Source of the DNA: Gonapodya sp. JEL0774
Lineage: Eukaryota
Direction: 5' to 3'
Length of the DNA: 64,000 nucleotides
Assembly: GCA_027604505.1 (NCBI GenBank)
Contig: JADIIX010000010.1
Location: 186,001-250,000 of the forward strand
The notes beneath the pieces are model-generated. The model saw only the letters and a list, made by a program, of their open reading frames with translations. It ran no database searches and was not told the DNA's origin. Position numbers and translations under genes: made by a program. Positions 42,392 through 55,738 of this stretch are shown here, piece after piece; within the stretch, counting starts at the first letter, position 1; every line of letters starts with the position of its first letter.

Positions 42392-45300
42392 TCAAAGAAC
42401 AGGGATTTTAATATTCAGCTGCAGATTGCAGAGGATATTTCGGTTTTCGACTGGCATTCTCATGACGACCAAAACCACTGCTGACAATTTAAAACTGAAG
42501 AAGGCGAGAAGGGAACAGCTGCTCAGGTAGCGGGAAAGCACCCACTTCCAGCGAGAGTGGACTTCGGAAGAGCAGAATTTGGCTACACGCATTAGCATTT
42601 CGAAAGTGACTATGGATCGTCAGGAATAAGAGAGGTGAGGATGGGGAGGGCCATGAGGCACGAATCGTGGGATCACTATTTTCCACAATTCATGTTGTAC
42701 GCCGTCTCTGTTGGAGAAAACGCCGTGTCTGTTGGAGAAAACATTCGCTGTTCTCGTACAGTTACACTGTGTATCATATACTGATGAGGCTTCAGGCATC
42801 ACTAGACGGATTCATAAAACTCACACAATTGAGCCAAGACCATCAACCAGCCTCAGTGAACGGAACGGTCATTCCTGATTCAAAATTGCTTTTACGTTGT
42901 TGGTGACAAGCTAGCTTCTCATTGTATATCTGTCTGGAATCATTAGGAAGGGAAATATCGAAGGTGCCATAAAATGGAACATGTATCACCGTTTGGGCTG
43001 GCTACCCTTGCTCGAGGTGAATTGACATTGGAGTTCTTTTCGCGCTAATAATTTACCATCGATGTGAATAGATTCTCTTTCTGTGTCATCCCCTTGCTGA
43101 GCAATCAATGTTCAGTGTTTTGCGAATCTCTTCAATCAATAAGATATTTGCAAAGGACCAGCCATAACATTGAAGTACTTTGAATCTGTCAGTCCAGTAC
43201 GGGTATTGTTCGGGGAAACAGCCTGACTGCCGCTTGCTGAGCCACTCTGGTTGTATCGTGATATGCTTTCCAGATGCTTGGAGTGTGCCCAACATCCTTC
43301 AGAACAGTTTCCTTACACCGCCGGAGCGTTTGTGCGAGGCCGGAGGCAAGGTTCCATTTCTCTCCGTAAAATTCAAGTTCCTGTATCACCAAATCTACGT
43401 GATAAACGCTTTCCCCTGTAACTTTGATGTCTGCAATCCAAACTTCGTATCCATATCCCAAAGACCGTCAGCGGAAATGCAACGCTTTATCGGACGCAAC
43501 AGAGAACCTACCAAGTGCAATCACATACAAACAAACAAGACAAATTGGTGACCAGAGGAGCCCTTTAAACACCAGGCGCTCCACGATAACCTTCGCTTGC
43601 ATTGAGTGTGAGGTCGCTTTCTTGAAACTCTCGGAGCATGCCCACGCGAGTGGTACTTCCCAACAATTATGTGGTGAGAACGCTGATATTACCGTAGCGT
43701 GATAGAAAAGAAGGCCCCTGGTAGCATTGACGTTGGTTAGTTCCTTGGAATTCGGCCCGGCCACTTCTGGATACGTGGTCACGTAATTTTGATACCAGAT
43801 ATCCTGTGGAAACCTGTGTAATTCAGAAACTTTGAACTCTTGCAAACTAGACATCTCACCAGGGCCTGAGCAATCTCTTCGAGGCCAAAGGGTTTATCCT
43901 GACGAGTCCTGCCATCTGTTTTCGCCAGCTGCGCACTCCCCATAATATAGTACAGCTCTGCTGTTGGTGCGGAGGCCTGTAAAAGATCTGTTATTGCAGC
44001 TCGCAATTTGAATGGTTTCTCAATACAAACGCACCAAATCCAAAGCTCCCTTACCAGAACCTATGGACCAAGCATCCCACGAACCCAGGTCACATGGAAA
44101 ATGCACCTTAAACTCACTATGTGAAATCAGGGGCTTAGTGTTTTGAACAACCGATGAAATCTGGTCTGTTGTGAAAATGGCTTTTCAACGGACCATGCGT
44201 TGATGAACTGTCGAACGATTACGGATCAATGATGGAATAGAAGACTCACCCCAGGCTGCAGGGCGAAATATTAGTATACATGGGGTTTGAAATTGCATGA
44301 AAACTAAGACTTGCAAAAACTCGACAGGGCTGTACTCTCACCAAGCCGCCTCCTCTCCTCACCTCGCCTCCAGTCAAACCCGGAATTGCTCTCATCTTCC
44401 GAAAAAATCCCAATCTGGCGGGCTTTGCCAACACACAAACACAGAATGGGATACACTATGGCACTGGATAGTGGATAGCCTTATTCGCCATATTTGAACT
44501 GAAGAGCTCTTTCTAAACTTACACTTCATGGCAAGTCGAATATTGCAACATGAGTAGCAGTGACTGAACCACTTCATCGCCCCCATTTACATCTCCGAGC
44601 GAATTCCATAGCATTCTTTTGCACCTTGTAAAGAAAATGTCCCCAAGTTGTTTTCGGGTGTAGAATTCAAGGTCGACAAATGAAGAAGAGAATGCCAGAA
44701 CCGAGAAAACCAGGAGACGATTTTGGGAGGCCAGACTTGAAAGGAATGTCGGGCGATGCATGATTGGAAAGCCGACTAAGTGTTTTCACAGATGAGGATA
44801 CGAAGAGTCAAGGAAGTGAAACAGCTAAGCCCCACCTTTAACGCTCCGAAAGTTCCAATTGTGGCTGGAAAATACGTTAAGCTCGTAAACCTAAAAATAG
44901 TAGGCAGAGGTAGTTTTCACCTGAAGTACGTCCAAATTAGTGAATTGACAACCTCCGCAGAAGGTAGTGGTGGAAGGTCATCAAAGGGTCCCACGGGTCG
45001 GCTTATTGTGGGTTGATGTACAGCAGTGAAATGGCTTTCCGGATTCTCGGACTCTACATTAGTTGTCGAGGTTTCTAGGCCAGACACTCCTCTTTGACGA
45101 CTTACACTTTCGGGAAGATAAGTTCTATCATCACTCACCAACGTCAACAACAATCACATCCAAAGTGTCTGGTTCTGAAGTTGCCAAATTCCGATCGGTG
45201 ACGACTTCCAAACCCCCAGAGTCAGAGATACGGGAAAGCGCTTCCAAGAGATCAAATGAGCTTGAAGTAAGTCCGGCTGGAAAATCCAGGTCCGGAAAAA

Positions 45301-45900
45301 TGACATCGGGAGTAACTGCTGAGTCTGAGGTATTGGTCACGAGATCGGGAAGACGAAGTTCGCACGCAGCTGCGTGTCCACGGAGACTCTCAACTATTTC
45401 TTCAATGTGAGAAAGAGAACGTTCAATATCTTCCCGAGCACGCGTATCGTCTGGTGCTGGCGCGCTGGGTCGCTTCAGATTCGGAACAAGAGAAGCTAGG
45501 GACGATTCCACTTCGTCGATTCTAGACCGCATCTGATCAATCCACCCGCGTTTGGGTCCAGGTAGCCTACGTTCGCTTGCTGACAAGCTCAATCAGGTCA
45601 TCTACGCGAAAACTCGAGGGAAGATTGGGCCTGTCTCCCACTTACGATAAACGCACTCCGTCCCCCGGTTTCGACAAAGGCTACAAATAGGCAACACCCC
45701 ATCGCAGCCGGCATGCCGGGACCTACATTCAGAACAGGCTTTGCGGATCGGTCAGTGATACAGGCTGAGGCAGAACTGAAACCTTGCCGGTTTTACACAC
45801 CGTTCAAGACGTGACGTCGTTTCACACGACCACGCTCGCTCCTCTTGGATGTACTGACTTCTTCATCCGCGGAGGTAGAGGAGCGCTTGTGCTTAGGCAT
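42392..45900 (-). CDS. Zn(II)2Cys6 fungal transcription factor with middle homology region
   Basis: ACSECRSRHAGCDGVLPICSLCRNRGTECVY; coiled coil RSRIDEVESSL; LIWTYF...FPIMHRPTFL; EEIRKTL; 3' end approximate. Confidence 0.9.
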
Positions 45901-46553
45901 GATGGAATGGGTTGCCACTTTGGTTGATTTTGAAACGGGGAACCGTCTAAACTGATCGCCGAATGACTTCATGTGTCACGGGCGACCAATATTATATTTC
46001 CTCTAGACTTGCCTAAAGTTTCGGACATTTAGACCTCGCGGAACCGTCTTGAAATCAAGTCTTTTTTATAAAGTTCTTGCGTCAGTGAGATAGAGCTCAA
46101 GATTACACGGTTATGCACCTGTACTAAAAAGACACGAAACTTATTATGTACAATCATGCGAGTTGGATTATCCAGGATGCGCTCGGACTCTCGGACTCGT
46201 ACGCCTGACAGAACATCCAAACAACTACCCGAATCTTCAAATTTCAACTTATCCTGTTATCTTCGGCCGCTGCTGGTGGCCCGTGAACATATTCAACTTT
46301 GCTCATGAAAGATCAATAGAAGCTTCTCAATTCTCCTCGTATAACAAGATTATGTACCTTGGAGGAATTACAATCCGAAGAAAAGTAACCCATTATGTCT
46401 CCAACAGGTATTCAAACCCTGTCTCCCACCCACCCTTGGACGAATAATTGTCCGGTGTGTTTATGATTTATTAGAGGTTGAAGTCTAACAATTCCCACAA
46501 AATCACGTTGGGAAAGATTCTTACAGAAGAACTGTTGCGTCATAGTTCCAACG

Positions 46554-49179
46554 ATGCCCACATATTATGGGTCAGTCGCTGAGTGGAGGTTGCAAGTCAT
46601 TTCGTTTGACCTGCCGCAGAATCAGATCGATTATTCAATCTCTTCGATTCGATATAATTCGCTCGACATGTTGCAGTCCCCAGTATGTCGTCGAAACCGG
46701 TGGCTACAACATCCGAAACTTTTTTCGACCAGCTCGCAATGCAGATGGCAATCTCATCACCGAAGAGGATAAGCAGGTACGTGACAGCAACGGCACTTCT
46801 GGAAAGCTCTTAAACCGATTTGCAAGAACCCCTGTCCCTTCACTCAGCTTCCTCCTGTAACTTGGGACCCCGAGGTTGAAAAGAGCCTTGTTCGTAAGCT
46901 GGACCTTCGCATCACTCTTCCAGTTTGGTTGATGTATGTGATTGCATTCATTGTGAGTCTGGCGCAGGCTTTCTGTGAATGTGAAAGCCTTGAGGATCGA
47001 GCTTTCGTTCTGTAGGACCGTGTCAATCTGGGAAACGTGAAGGTTCTGAACCGGGGATCACCGGACAGCATTGAAAACAGTCTTGGTACACAAGGAGTGG
47101 AATTCAATTGGTAGGATTCTCTAGTATATGAGCCACACTTTATTACACCACCTCATCTCATAGGATTATAGGGCCATTTCTCTTGCCTTTTGGGGTTTTC
47201 TTATTGCTGAGATACCTTCCAACATAATGTGAAGTGATCCTAGTGTGTGCTCGCCGTGGAGGAGCATCTTCCTTACCAGAGCCACTGAATTGTTCAGGTT
47301 AAAGAAACTCTCCGCCCGAATCTGGCTTGCTCGGTGAGAATCTATTCGAGCCCTCATGCGCAATCGTTTCAACTATGCTGACATTCACTTCATGCAATCC
47401 GAATATAGTATCATGGTCACTTGGTGAGCCTTCCTCCAGTTCAACTGTAGGGACAGAAAGCCCTGAAACATCGTTCTAGGGGAATCGTGGTCGTGTGCAT
47501 GGCCGCTGTCAAAAATGCCGCCGGCCTCCTGACCGCTCGCTTCTTCCTCGGGTTTTGTGAGGCGGGTTTGATCCCTGGTGCGATCTATTACTTCAGGTGA
47601 GTCCCGGCGAGCATTTTCCGAAACTCCACCTCCTTTTGCAATTAGTGGCTGGCCACATTTTCTAGCTTTTGGTTTAAGCCTACTGAACGCGCGACCCGTA
47701 ACGGATTATTTTTCACCGCTTCGGGCTTTGCAGGGGGGGTATCAGGGCTACTGGCTATCGCAATGGAAGGCTTAAATGGTCGCGCGGGATTGAAAGCCTG
47801 GCAATGGGTGGGTTTGTCACTTAGAGCAAAAATTTTGGCAAAGGGAAGTATACCAACCGCTCTTCGAAGGTCTTTATCTTGGAGGGTATTCCGGCAATCC
47901 TTCTTGGTGTTGTTATGTACTTTATCTTGCTTGAGTTCCCTAATTCTCCGACATCTTACTTGGTACGTAGCCTATGACGAACATCCCTCACAGTTCTTAA
48001 TGTGTACCGTTCATCAACTGACACAGACTCCAGAGGAGCAAGATGTGGCCATTCGCCGCCTTCCCTCACAAACCCCGTCTATGGCGGATAAGACGTTTGT
48101 CATTCGTGAGGCTATTTCAGTTTTTGCCCAACCCGCACATTGGCTAGTGAGTATTCGGAACTCCCCACTTTATCAATACTGATCTAAGAAAAATCTACAG
48201 TTTTTGATCAGCTACTTTGCAATGTCTATTGGTGTACAATCCATTTCGAATTTCTTGCCGTCTCTTCTCTTGTGAGTGAGTGAGCGATCGAAGTACTTGA
48301 ACTTAGACTAAGCACGTTACCATGTCTCCCAAGAGGAATGGGTTACAGCTCTCCTCTTTCAGCAAATCTGATGTCTGCGTGGCCTAATTTTGGTGAGGTT
48401 AATCGCTCCGTAAATTTGAACGTAACACGTAGCCAATCCCCGCGCCATTCAAGCCGCATGCATCTACTACTTTACCATCTCATATCACTCGGACTACACT
48501 CGAGAGCGCATTCTCCACGGACTACTACCCTCCTTCGTGGCCACCGTTGGGAGTGTCGTATTATTGATTGCGGCAAAAAATCCTTCTACGGCCACAAGCC
48601 CTGCTCTGATTTCTAACAGCGTACGCTACGGAATGTCATTTTTGCTGTTGTTTCAGGCATCTGCATTCCCTGTACTCTTGAATGTGAGTTTAATGGTCAG
48701 AGTCTCTGAAGATGATCCGGTTCACTTATGTTATCGCGTGACATTGAGCAGCTTCGTGCAAGTACTCTTCGAGGTTCTACTGAGGTAGGCCAGAAATCGA
48801 AGTGGATTGTCCAGCCAATCCCACAATTCTATGCGATTCACTCTAGGTTGGACTGGGAATGAGCTCCGCACAACTTTCCCCGTCGGTGGCTGCCATTATC
48901 GCACCCTTCCTCTTCCCTAATTCGGATGCTCCTGACGTAGGTACACCAAATGCTCAATTTGATCTTGTGTTTTCTCACCTATTCCATTCTCACCAAATTT
49001 TTACATGGCTTTGCTGGAAGTATCCAAACGGGATTCTTCTGTGTACTATTGCATCTGTTGTCGGCTTTTTGACGTACGCTGTAATTCCGTTTGCCTTGCG
49101 GTATCAGAACAACCGAGCGCTTTCGTTTTTGAAGGATAATGGCTTGGAGGAAGAAGGTAGCGACAAGGAAATTCATTGA
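46554..49179 (+). CDS. MFS transporter, anion:cation symporter (Dal5/Tna1-like) family, many short exons
   Basis: EKSLVRKLDLRI; DRVNLGNVKV; EIPSN; RIWLAR; LTARFFLGFCEAGLIPGAIYYF; GLNGRAGLKAWQW|VFILEG; IIAPFLFPNSDAP|KYPNG. Confidence 0.9.
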
Positions 49180-49329
49180 CCTACATAATGTATCGAATTA
49201 TACTCCGATTTACGTGCTTTCTTGTCCCTCGAATAATCTTCAAACTGTATTGTGAAGCTCATGTATGGCTTCGTACGCTAAGCGAAGCTTGACAATCCCA
49301 CCTGCAACAGGAGCTACCAGGATGGCAGC

Positions 49330-50460
49330 AGATATATGGGTACACTGTCCAACGCTACCGATCGCCATTTCGAAGCCCTAATGTCCGATTTGGACGTAGA
49401 GTTGATGTGGATAGTGGCAGAAATGTATATTACAGTTCCACCAGTGAGGAGGCTCGAAAGTAAATTGGGCGGAGGGGGACAGCGCGTGGGGTTAGAAGAA
49501 GGTACAGGGATGGGTGCAGCGGAATGAGAGCAAGGGTTTCGAACAGCTCGAGCAATTCTTTCAAGTAAGTAAGAAAATTCTTCATTTGTTGTGAAGTGGA
49601 TCATTCTTAGAATATATCTATTTTATGGTCTATCGCCTTTTATTGTTGTCAGGAGCACGGATCTTCCCTCTGACAGGTGTACTATTTATCCAAGTAGCTT
49701 TAGCCACAGTCTTACTTAGGCGGCACGCACATGTACTCCGAGGTAGTGATCCACGCTTGATGGTCAGGGGTCTCGTCGAAATTTGCGGCGCTGGGGGGTT
49801 TCGGAAAGAGCAAGGACGACCCTCTATCACTCGGCCGTGACGCATTCCAAAATCCCCATATGATTCGTACTAAATAAAGAGCGTCAATGCCCATGTGACG
49901 TGAACGATGGCGGGTTGAGGGCCCCCCAGATGCAGATTGTAGTTCCTGCGTGCGGTCAAGAGTGGCGAAGATTCGTGCGTACCACGATCCAAGAGCATTT
50001 GTAACTTCTGCCAAAAAGTGGTCATATGGATCCATCCGCTAATGACGATGTTCTGAGGGTGAGTTTGTAATTCCCAGACGATCCAGCTGGAAATGCCCGT
50101 CTTTGAAGGACTCACGTGTATATGGAGGAGTGCAAAGCAATGCACGTTCAGCGCAATCGACAGAGAAAATCTCCTAAGATCCTTTCGCCGGTTGCCTCGA
50201 GAGGCCACCACGGGAGATCAAAAATAGAGCACCAAATAACTCCTTCGGTGGTATCCTATTAAAGTAGTATGTCCCAGGCCCTCAAGCGGGACGGACGCAC
50301 CTCAAAATGCTAGGGCTAATAATATCTCGATCTTCCAGTGGCATAAAACCATTCTAATGAAGAACCGGGAATGATCAACTGCAGTACAAATCGACGAGCT
50401 CGTTGCACTCAAAGTCAAGAAACTCGAAAACCACCTTTCGGTTAATGCCGTCTCCGTGAC
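49330..50460 (-). pseudogene. Decayed fungal transcription-factor (MHR/Fungal_trans-like) gene
   Basis: Minus frame ECNELVDLYCS*SFPVLH*NGF resembles the LVDLYF..FPILH.PTF start of the MHR; later NALGSWYARIF; many stops. Confidence 0.5.
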
Positions 50461-50735
50461 CCAGTAAAACGTGAGACCATTCCGCTCCCTCGAATTCATG
50501 TTGTGCCTCCTTTCTTCTGCCCGGCGACCCGTGTGGAACCGCCGGGAATCACACTCGAGATATGTTCCTGAATATGCACTGAAACCTCCTCTCTTATAGG
50601 CTCTACACATAGTCACGCATTCATTTGGTGTTGTGCGGTATCAAATTTAGCCCGAGAACTTTCCTTGAGAATCTTTAGAATGATGCCGACCTCGTTCACA
50701 ATTTTCACGCGAGCTCGTAAAAGCATTCGTCTTAC

Positions 50736-52004
50736 ATGGTTCACATCTCAGACGATCATCTCCGCGAAGTTGACACCAAGGGATTCACAATCATTCCGGG
50801 GTTCTTGACACCTGCGGAAGTCGCAGCTGCTCAAGAAGGATTATGGGACACACTTTCCCAGACCTGAGGAGTTCTTTGCAGACAGGCAGAATCCAAAGTA
50901 CGTGTACCTTAGCAAGTCGCAGGTGTGCTTGGTTCTCTCTGCATGGATAAGTGGCTACTCCTGAAGTGACGTGCCATCTTCTTGGGCCATTTCCTCTCCC
51001 GACCCTCCAATGCCAGTACTCCGGGAACATCAAGAACTTTCCGTACATTTCGAACGGTCTCAACCGTCCTGTGACGCACCCTGATCTGGTGAACGCGATC
51101 GAGCGTCTCTTGGAAACAAAGGAAACTGGATCTTTACAACGGTTGAACGTTGGGCGAAATACTCGGGTGGGTGAAGCACACCCGAGACTACACTACCGAA
51201 GCACAACAAATGTTATTGGTCGGTGCAGGTATCGTTAATTATGATCAGAGACTGGATTTCGGTAAGCGCGTCATCCTAACAGCTTATGGAAACATCATCC
51301 TTAACGAAAGCTCTCCCTCACCCGCACTTTCAGATTATGGCAACCACAGCCTGGTTGTTCCTCGGCCCGACGAAAAGTATCGCCATATTACCACTTGGCT
51401 TCTCCTTTCTGACGTCACTGAGCACGTTGCACCAACGAAGATTGTGTCCAAACTGGATTCGCAGCATATCTCCATATCAAGGAGGATCCTCGAAAAGGGA
51501 GAGCTCTTGGTCAAGGAAGTCGCTGTGACGGGAAAGGCGGGATCACTCATGATCGTATGTATACTCTCTGGCACTCAGGAAGTCAACCCGAGGATCTGCT
51601 CGTGGGCGAGAAATATATTTGATTTCTCCTTGTTGTTCCTTTTCGCGTCCCACTACAACACCGCACCGACGTCCTCCACCGTGGCTCGGCTTTCTCCGGG
51701 CCCCCTGGCATTAACCCATCGCGTTTTGATTTTGCCGCAGACTTCAAACCTCGTCGAGCGAGTCCCTGGGCCGACAAACATGCGTGGCCAGACTACACGG
51801 GCAATCCACGTTGGAATGAGTGGATGGCAGATCTGACACTCAGAGAGAGGGGATCTTTTTGGGTTCCCGGACGTCAACAGTGACTACTAGGACGAGCAGA
51901 CGGTGAGGGATGTGGGCCTGAGGTATCCCAAAATGGATATGTCACCATATAAGGAAGCTTTGGCAAGGCGAGGTGGATATATGGCCACGGGTGCGCAACT
52001 TTGA
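50736..52004 (+). pseudogene. Phytanoyl-CoA dioxygenase (PhyH)-like 2OG-Fe(II) oxygenase pseudogene
   Basis: GFTIIPGFLTPAEVAAAQ; frameshift near 50846; (LY)..E.WAKYSG with frameshifts; DYGNHSLVVPRPD; LLLSDVT..APTK; GKAGSL; DVLHRGS; premature TAG near 51888; RYPKMDMSPY. Confidence 0.85.
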
Positions 52005-52289
52005 AAGTGCTGCATTGTCATGACATATAGTGCTCCTGATATCTATCACGTCTTCTTAGAGTACATGTGAAATGCATGCCTATTCAAACAGACTATTCCT
52101 GCAGATCTTGGTAAACGAACGCTCTCTGGTATATGTTGGGGCTTTTCTTAATCTCAGCAACTACATTATAAGTAACCGAAACTTCAATCGACTTCTCCTC
52201 TTCTATGTTGGTGGACAAGTAACGCGATCTGACTATCCGTTTCAACAGTGAACAAGCGCACTGCGGGTGATGGGTTTTTGCGCTACGTC

Positions 52290-53050
52290 GGTTCACGTGA
52301 ACTGAGGCTCCCACTACGAACTCCCACAATGAACTCCATATTTATCAACGATGCGATGAGCGACCACCCCACTCATCCCTTCCGTCCGTCCTACGACTGC
52401 TCGTCACGCTACCATCCCTATGAGACCCTCGCCCACCATCACCCCTGCGTCCGAGGCCAAATTGTCCACCATATCGATCATCACCGTATCGATCACCACG
52501 ACCGCCTCCGCGTCCTGATCGACCGTTTCCCCGATTATTATAATCTCGGTTTGAGGCATTTTCTAGTCTCGCGATGACACCTGCACCTACGGCGACTCCC
52601 TTTGAGCCGGTGGAGGCGAGATGCCAGTGCTTCTCGTGGGTCGACAACATCGTAATCTTCTGGCCTGAGAGGCAATGTCGATTGGTGCTACGATTGAGCA
52701 CCATTACTGCTGCCTCCATGTACACCCACCAAAAGAGATCTTTCGTTCCTGCGTCCTTTGCAAACACCAGGGTCTCGTCACTCCCGGCTTCACCTTCCGG
52801 GAACCCGCATCCATTTCCAGAACTGTCACAAACTCGTTCATTCGCGCGAATAACTCTTGCTCGTCGAGGCTTTTCCTCTTTTGAAGTTTTCCCTGCTCTT
52901 CCGATCCGGTGAGATTCGCGTAAGGACGATCCAACATGGACTGTGTCGGCATTTGAGAAGGGCGACGACGGGAAGGAGCCGACTCCAATCGCCGAGTCAG
53001 CATTTTCGTTAGTAGGGTGATCTCACCACTCACGGTGTTTCCTGCTCCGA
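52290..53050 (-). mobile_element. Scrambled Ty1/copia LTR-retrotransposon relic (gag/protease/integrase fragments)
   Basis: LFWWVYMEAAVMVLNRS (integrase-tail-like), RGNGRSGRGGGRG (gag C-terminal-like), WEFVVGASVHV (copia protease W..DSGAS.H-like); no LTRs or RT seen. Confidence 0.55.
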
Positions 53051-53196
53051 AGGAGGGCACCCTTTTCAGCGTGCCTTAACTGCTCAGTCTTCGCTTTTCA
53101 CTTCGCCATAAAATCTCCGCACTCTGATCCGTGGACCGTTCACCATCACTGCTGGTTCATCACATCTTAATCTCGGCAAGCAGATCTACGGCACTT

Positions 53197-55738
53197 ATGG
53201 CAGCTTCAACTTCTGCTGACGGGAAACTATCATCAGGGGGCCGGCCATCAAGTATTGTCAAGCAAAGTGCAGATTTAGATGAAGAGAAGGGCGCTCGGAA
53301 CTCGACAAAAACAAGTGCTAGCAGGGGTCAAGCTCAAGGAGTTCCGTTGCAGTGGATTATCATGGGACTTCTGTTGCTCAAGTGGGTCGCCAGACAGAAT
53401 TGCATTAAAGGTTGTACTGCCTGATGTTCGATGTTGTGTCACAGTGTATTAGTTATTGCTGTTCCCTCCATTACCTTGGGAGCTCTCACAAACAGCCAAA
53501 GTATTTCCTCAGCTACGCAAGCAGGTAGGAAAGATGAACCACTGACAAACTTGGCAGTACTCAACAACGCTCTCTTCCTCTCGCTTTTTGCTACTACGAC
53601 TTTTATGTACACTTCTTTTACATGCGGGAAAGCTTCCGAAAATATTGCGGATCTTGCGTCAGTTGTGCAGTCGGACGCTAGTGCTCTGATCATTGGACAT
53701 TTGTGTATGTAAAAGATCTTCTGTTTCTATTTCCTTGTCAAAGTCAAAATGCCCCAAACCTGCAAATAACCTGTTTACTTCAGACGATTACACTGGGAAG
53801 GCAAGATTCGGATTTCGTTCACGATCACACGAGTTCTCTTAATTCTGCATTGCGTGTTTCTTTTCCAAAAGTCGGCAGTGTTCCTCCAAAGTATTGCTGA
53901 TGTCGTCAACCAAGGTATCATGGATATACGTGACATTGAGTGTGTTAAAATACGTGTATGATCGTGTCATACGGCTTGCGGCTTACGTTTGGGATTTCTC
54001 TTCAAGTCGCATGATACCGTATCTCAAGAATGGCGTGCAATCAATCGGCCTCAAAGGTGGGAATATGTTGGACCAATTGATACTCCATAAGTTGAATGGA
54101 AGGATGAAATGAAGTGTGCTAATGAATTCTCTCATCAAGACAACGTCTATGCTACTGTTGTCGCGTTTCACACGCCATCTCCGTCACTGTATGGTCTCCA
54201 ACCCTTGAAAACGGACTCTGGCATCCGAGGCACAATTATGGTGTGGGCAACGGGCAACTTCACGTGTGTTCGATATTGTCCAGTCAACAACACGCAAGGC
54301 AAAATGGCTGGTGAGGGAACTTTGTGGATGTAAATTTTACTGCTGCACGTGCCGGCCGGTCGCTGAATGACTATAACAGGCTATACTCTGAACCCGGTGA
54401 CGGGCACGCCAATGCTACCTCCCGTTCTCTCAGTAAGCCAAAGACAATTACACGTTCTTCTCTATTGTTAAGACGAACACATTCTGCCGGACACTAGGTT
54501 CCATTCAATCTTACCCTCTTCGCCACCGAACGAGTCTTTCAGGCAATCGAATTGCCTTCCATCGATGCACCATATGTATCCGCAGACGGATCCAAGACAC
54601 TTTCTCAGCCCGTTCGTCTATCCCTTTGGGATCCCGCGGCACCGGCATCAGCTGGAAACCCGCCTGCGGGTTACGTCGTGCAAGTGATTTCTGTTGAGAA
54701 TTTGAGCAACGAGCTCGACGCGTTGAAGGCGCAGTCAGGGAGTCCAAATTCGTTTTATTACTTGATCACGTCCCAAGGGCTGGTGGTTGCGATGTCTGGG
54801 TTGGGAAATTCGACCCAGCAGAAACAGGTTAGTGTGATCAATAACTGATTGTATTGCATTGCATTGCACACGTCCAACGGCTTTCAACATTTAGACTCTG
54901 GTAATACAAGATGCTTTACTGGGACCTCGTCTGAAAACGATATTTGAATTTACAGAACAGGAGTTCCCTGTCTTGAACTATACCACGTCAACCGTTCTCA
55001 AGCACGCAAATCGAGATCTTACATCAAATTTCACGAGTGCCGAGTGGCGTCAAAACGGCTACATGTTTCAAGTCGCCCACGTCACTCTTCTCCAATTCAA
55101 GTACATTGTCATATCGGGAGCGTGCGTTTTTGTTTGCTATGTTGCTTTAGTTTCACGCCGAATCATGACACTAGCTTCTCGGCATAATAATAGGATCGAA
55201 GAGGATTACCTTGGTAAAACCGTACTTCTATCACAGCGACTTACTGAGACCGGCAAAAGGAATATGATAATCCTGATTGCTTCAAGTAAGCTCTCTGTTA
55301 CTCGTTAACATCACTAAATTTCACACCTCATAATATCTCCCAACCTTGCGCCCCTTGGGAGATTGCACTATAATCCTGGTTCTTGCCATTCTTTCAACTA
55401 TATTCACAAACCATTACATTTCCCAACCGCTCGCTGTGATCTTGGAAGCCATGAAAAAGGCCGTCAAGTTTGATTTCAGTGCCGTTCGTAGCGGAGGCCT
55501 CGCGCTGAATCAATCCCTTGTGAGAGAGGTCGGCGTGACGCAAGCCAACTTTTTGGAGCTCCTCAAAACTTTTGCGGACGCCCTCAAACGTGAGTTAAAT
55601 CCCAGAGTCTGTATAGGCTCTCCTGAATCTCTTCTTGCATTCCGCTTCCCTCGTGCCATTCGTTCATCAGAAAATAAGCAGCTTTTGAGAAGTCCCAGCA
55701 ATGTTTCTCCTGCTGCTATCTCCGACGGCCATCGCTAG
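53197..55738 (+). CDS. Membrane sensor-like protein: TM - extracellular Cache-like region - TM - HAMP, with no output domain
   Basis: TM1 VPLQWIIMGLLLL|NVLVIAVPSITLG; FYYLITSQGLVVA and KYIVISG..EEDYLG (Cache-like); TM2 CTIILVLAILSTIF; HAMP ISQPLAVILEAMKKAVKFDF...SLVREVGVTQANFLELL; stop about 30 aa later. Confidence 0.65.

Noticed and set aside
42700..42741. 21-bp tandem duplication (cgccgtstctgttggagaaaa x2)
   Set aside because: Only two units, probably a slippage duplication within the TF gene; not CRISPR-like
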